Assembly: GCA_043769625.1 (NCBI GenBank)
Contig: JAYVJD010000306.1
Coordinates: forward strand, 1-36,769
Source of the DNA: Pseudomonadota bacterium
Lineage (GTDB): Bacteria > Pseudomonadota > Gammaproteobacteria > Burkholderiales > JBEEJL01
Length of the DNA stretch: 36,769 nt
Direction: 5' to 3'
Numbering within the stretch: the first letter of the stretch is position 1; every line of letters begins with the position of its first letter. The translations under genes and the position numbers were made by a program. Below, one piece after another: positions 36,028 to 36,769 of the stretch. The notes below the pieces were generated by a model. It was not told where the DNA came from and did not search any database. It was given only the letters and a program-made list of their open reading frames with translations.

Positions 36028-36769
36028 ATGGCAACCGCCGTAGCGAATAGACCCAAGGCCGTGAAGCTGAATAATTATCAATGGGAAGGCCGCGATAAAA
36101 GCGGCAAACTCATCCGTGGTGATATGCGTGCGGCGAGCGATTCGATTGTCACCTCAACGCTGCGCCGCCAAGGCATCAACGTCGCCAAGGTTAAAAAAGC
36201 GCGTACTTCCGGCGGTAAAAGAATTACCGACAAAGACGTGACTATTTTCACGCGCCAATTGGCGGTGATGATGAAAGCCGGCGTGCCCTTGTTACAAGCG
36301 TTTGATATTGTCGCCAAAGGTCACTCGAATCCGTCGATGGGGCGCATGCTGACCGACATCAAAACCGAAGTCGAAACCGGTAGCAGCTTGGCCAATGCAT
36401 TCAAAAAACATCCGCTGTATTTCGACGCGCTGTTTTGCAACTTGGTTGGCGCCGGTGAACAAGCCGGTATTTTGGATGGCCTGCTCGATCGTTTGGCGAT
36501 TTACAAAGAAAAATCGCTGGCGTTAAAAGGTAAAATTAAATCGGCCATGGTCTATCCGATTTCGGTGTTGGTCGCAGCGTTTTTGATTACTGCTGTGATT
36601 ATGATTTTCGTGATTCCCGCATTTAAAGATTTGTTCAGCGGCTTCGGCGCAGACTTGCCCGCACCGACGCAGTATGTCATTGCCCTGTCCGATATTTTTA
36701 CCACTTATTGGTACCTCATTCTCGCGTTTGTGGTCGGCGTGCCGTACACATTTTTCTGGTTCTGGAAGC
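36028..36769 (+). CDS. pilC: Type IV pilus assembly platform protein PilC (T2SS-F family), 3' end outside the window
   Basis: My own translation from the ATG at 36028 (SD AGGAGA upstream): MATAVANRPKAVKLNNYQWEGRDKSGKLIRGDM...TIFTRQLAVMMKAGVPLLQAFDIV...LVGAGEQAGILDGLLDRLAIYKEK...VYPISVLVAAFLITAVIMIFVIPAF. The frame is open to the window end. It is absent from the ORF track because no stop is reached. Confidence 0.9.
   Translation, partial: MATAVANRPKAVKLNNYQWEGRDKSGKLIRGDMRAASDSIVTSTLRRQGINVAKVKKARTSGGKRITDKDVTIFTRQLAVMMKAGVPLLQAFDIVAKGHSNPSMGRMLTDIKTEVETGSSLANAFKKHPLYFDALFCNLVGAGEQAGILDGLLDRLAIYKEKSLALKGKIKSAMVYPISVLVAAFLITAVIMIFVIPAFKDLFSGFGADLPAPTQYVIALSDIFTTYWYLILAFVVGVPYTFFWFWK

Overview
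Chromosomal segment of a proteobacterium. The gene order (xseB-ispA-dxs, ffh/ypjD/corB, rpsP-rimM-trmD-rplS) looks gamma- or beta-proteobacterial, and the backbone is roughly 50% GC by eye. Most of the window is core housekeeping: folE2, dxs, ispA, xseB, plsY, folB, xerD, ogt, rplS, trmD, rimM, rpsP, yhhQ, ffh, ypjD, a corB-like gene and the 5' part of pilC, plus peptidases, transporters and a sulfurtransferase. The left edge holds the 3' 4.5 kb of a giant gene made almost entirely of 23-aa tandem repeats, ending in a peptidoglycan-binding domain. Accessory DNA sits in two AT-rich islets on either side of the conserved rpsP-rimM-trmD-rplS operon. Islet (i), 22.1-24.3 kb, is an S8 subtilase plus a translationally coupled PrcB-like gene. 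The subtilase start codon and signal peptide are thrown out of frame by a 12-nt homopolymer, making it a phase-variation candidate. Islet (ii), 27.4-32.1 kb, interrupts the usual ffh-rpsP adjacency. It carries a small SAM methyltransferase, a membrane protein, an orphan HigA antitoxin, a truncated second copy of the methyltransferase 5' end (a diverged ~440-bp direct repeat), and a 521-aa kinase-like/dCMP-deaminase fusion followed by a 60-aa ORF. The deaminase fusion has the AvcD / anti-phage dCTP-deaminase architecture and is the strongest defence-system candidate. Its long structured leader and the small downstream ORF are the unexplained parts. A recurrent motif, AATCAAATAGTTAT, fits the IHF consensus and occurs about nine times, mostly between genes. 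Several GC-rich REP-like palindromes are also present. I saw no rRNA, tRNA, CRISPR array, transposase or island integrase. All domain calls come from recognising motifs by eye; no searches were run, and GC values are visual estimates.
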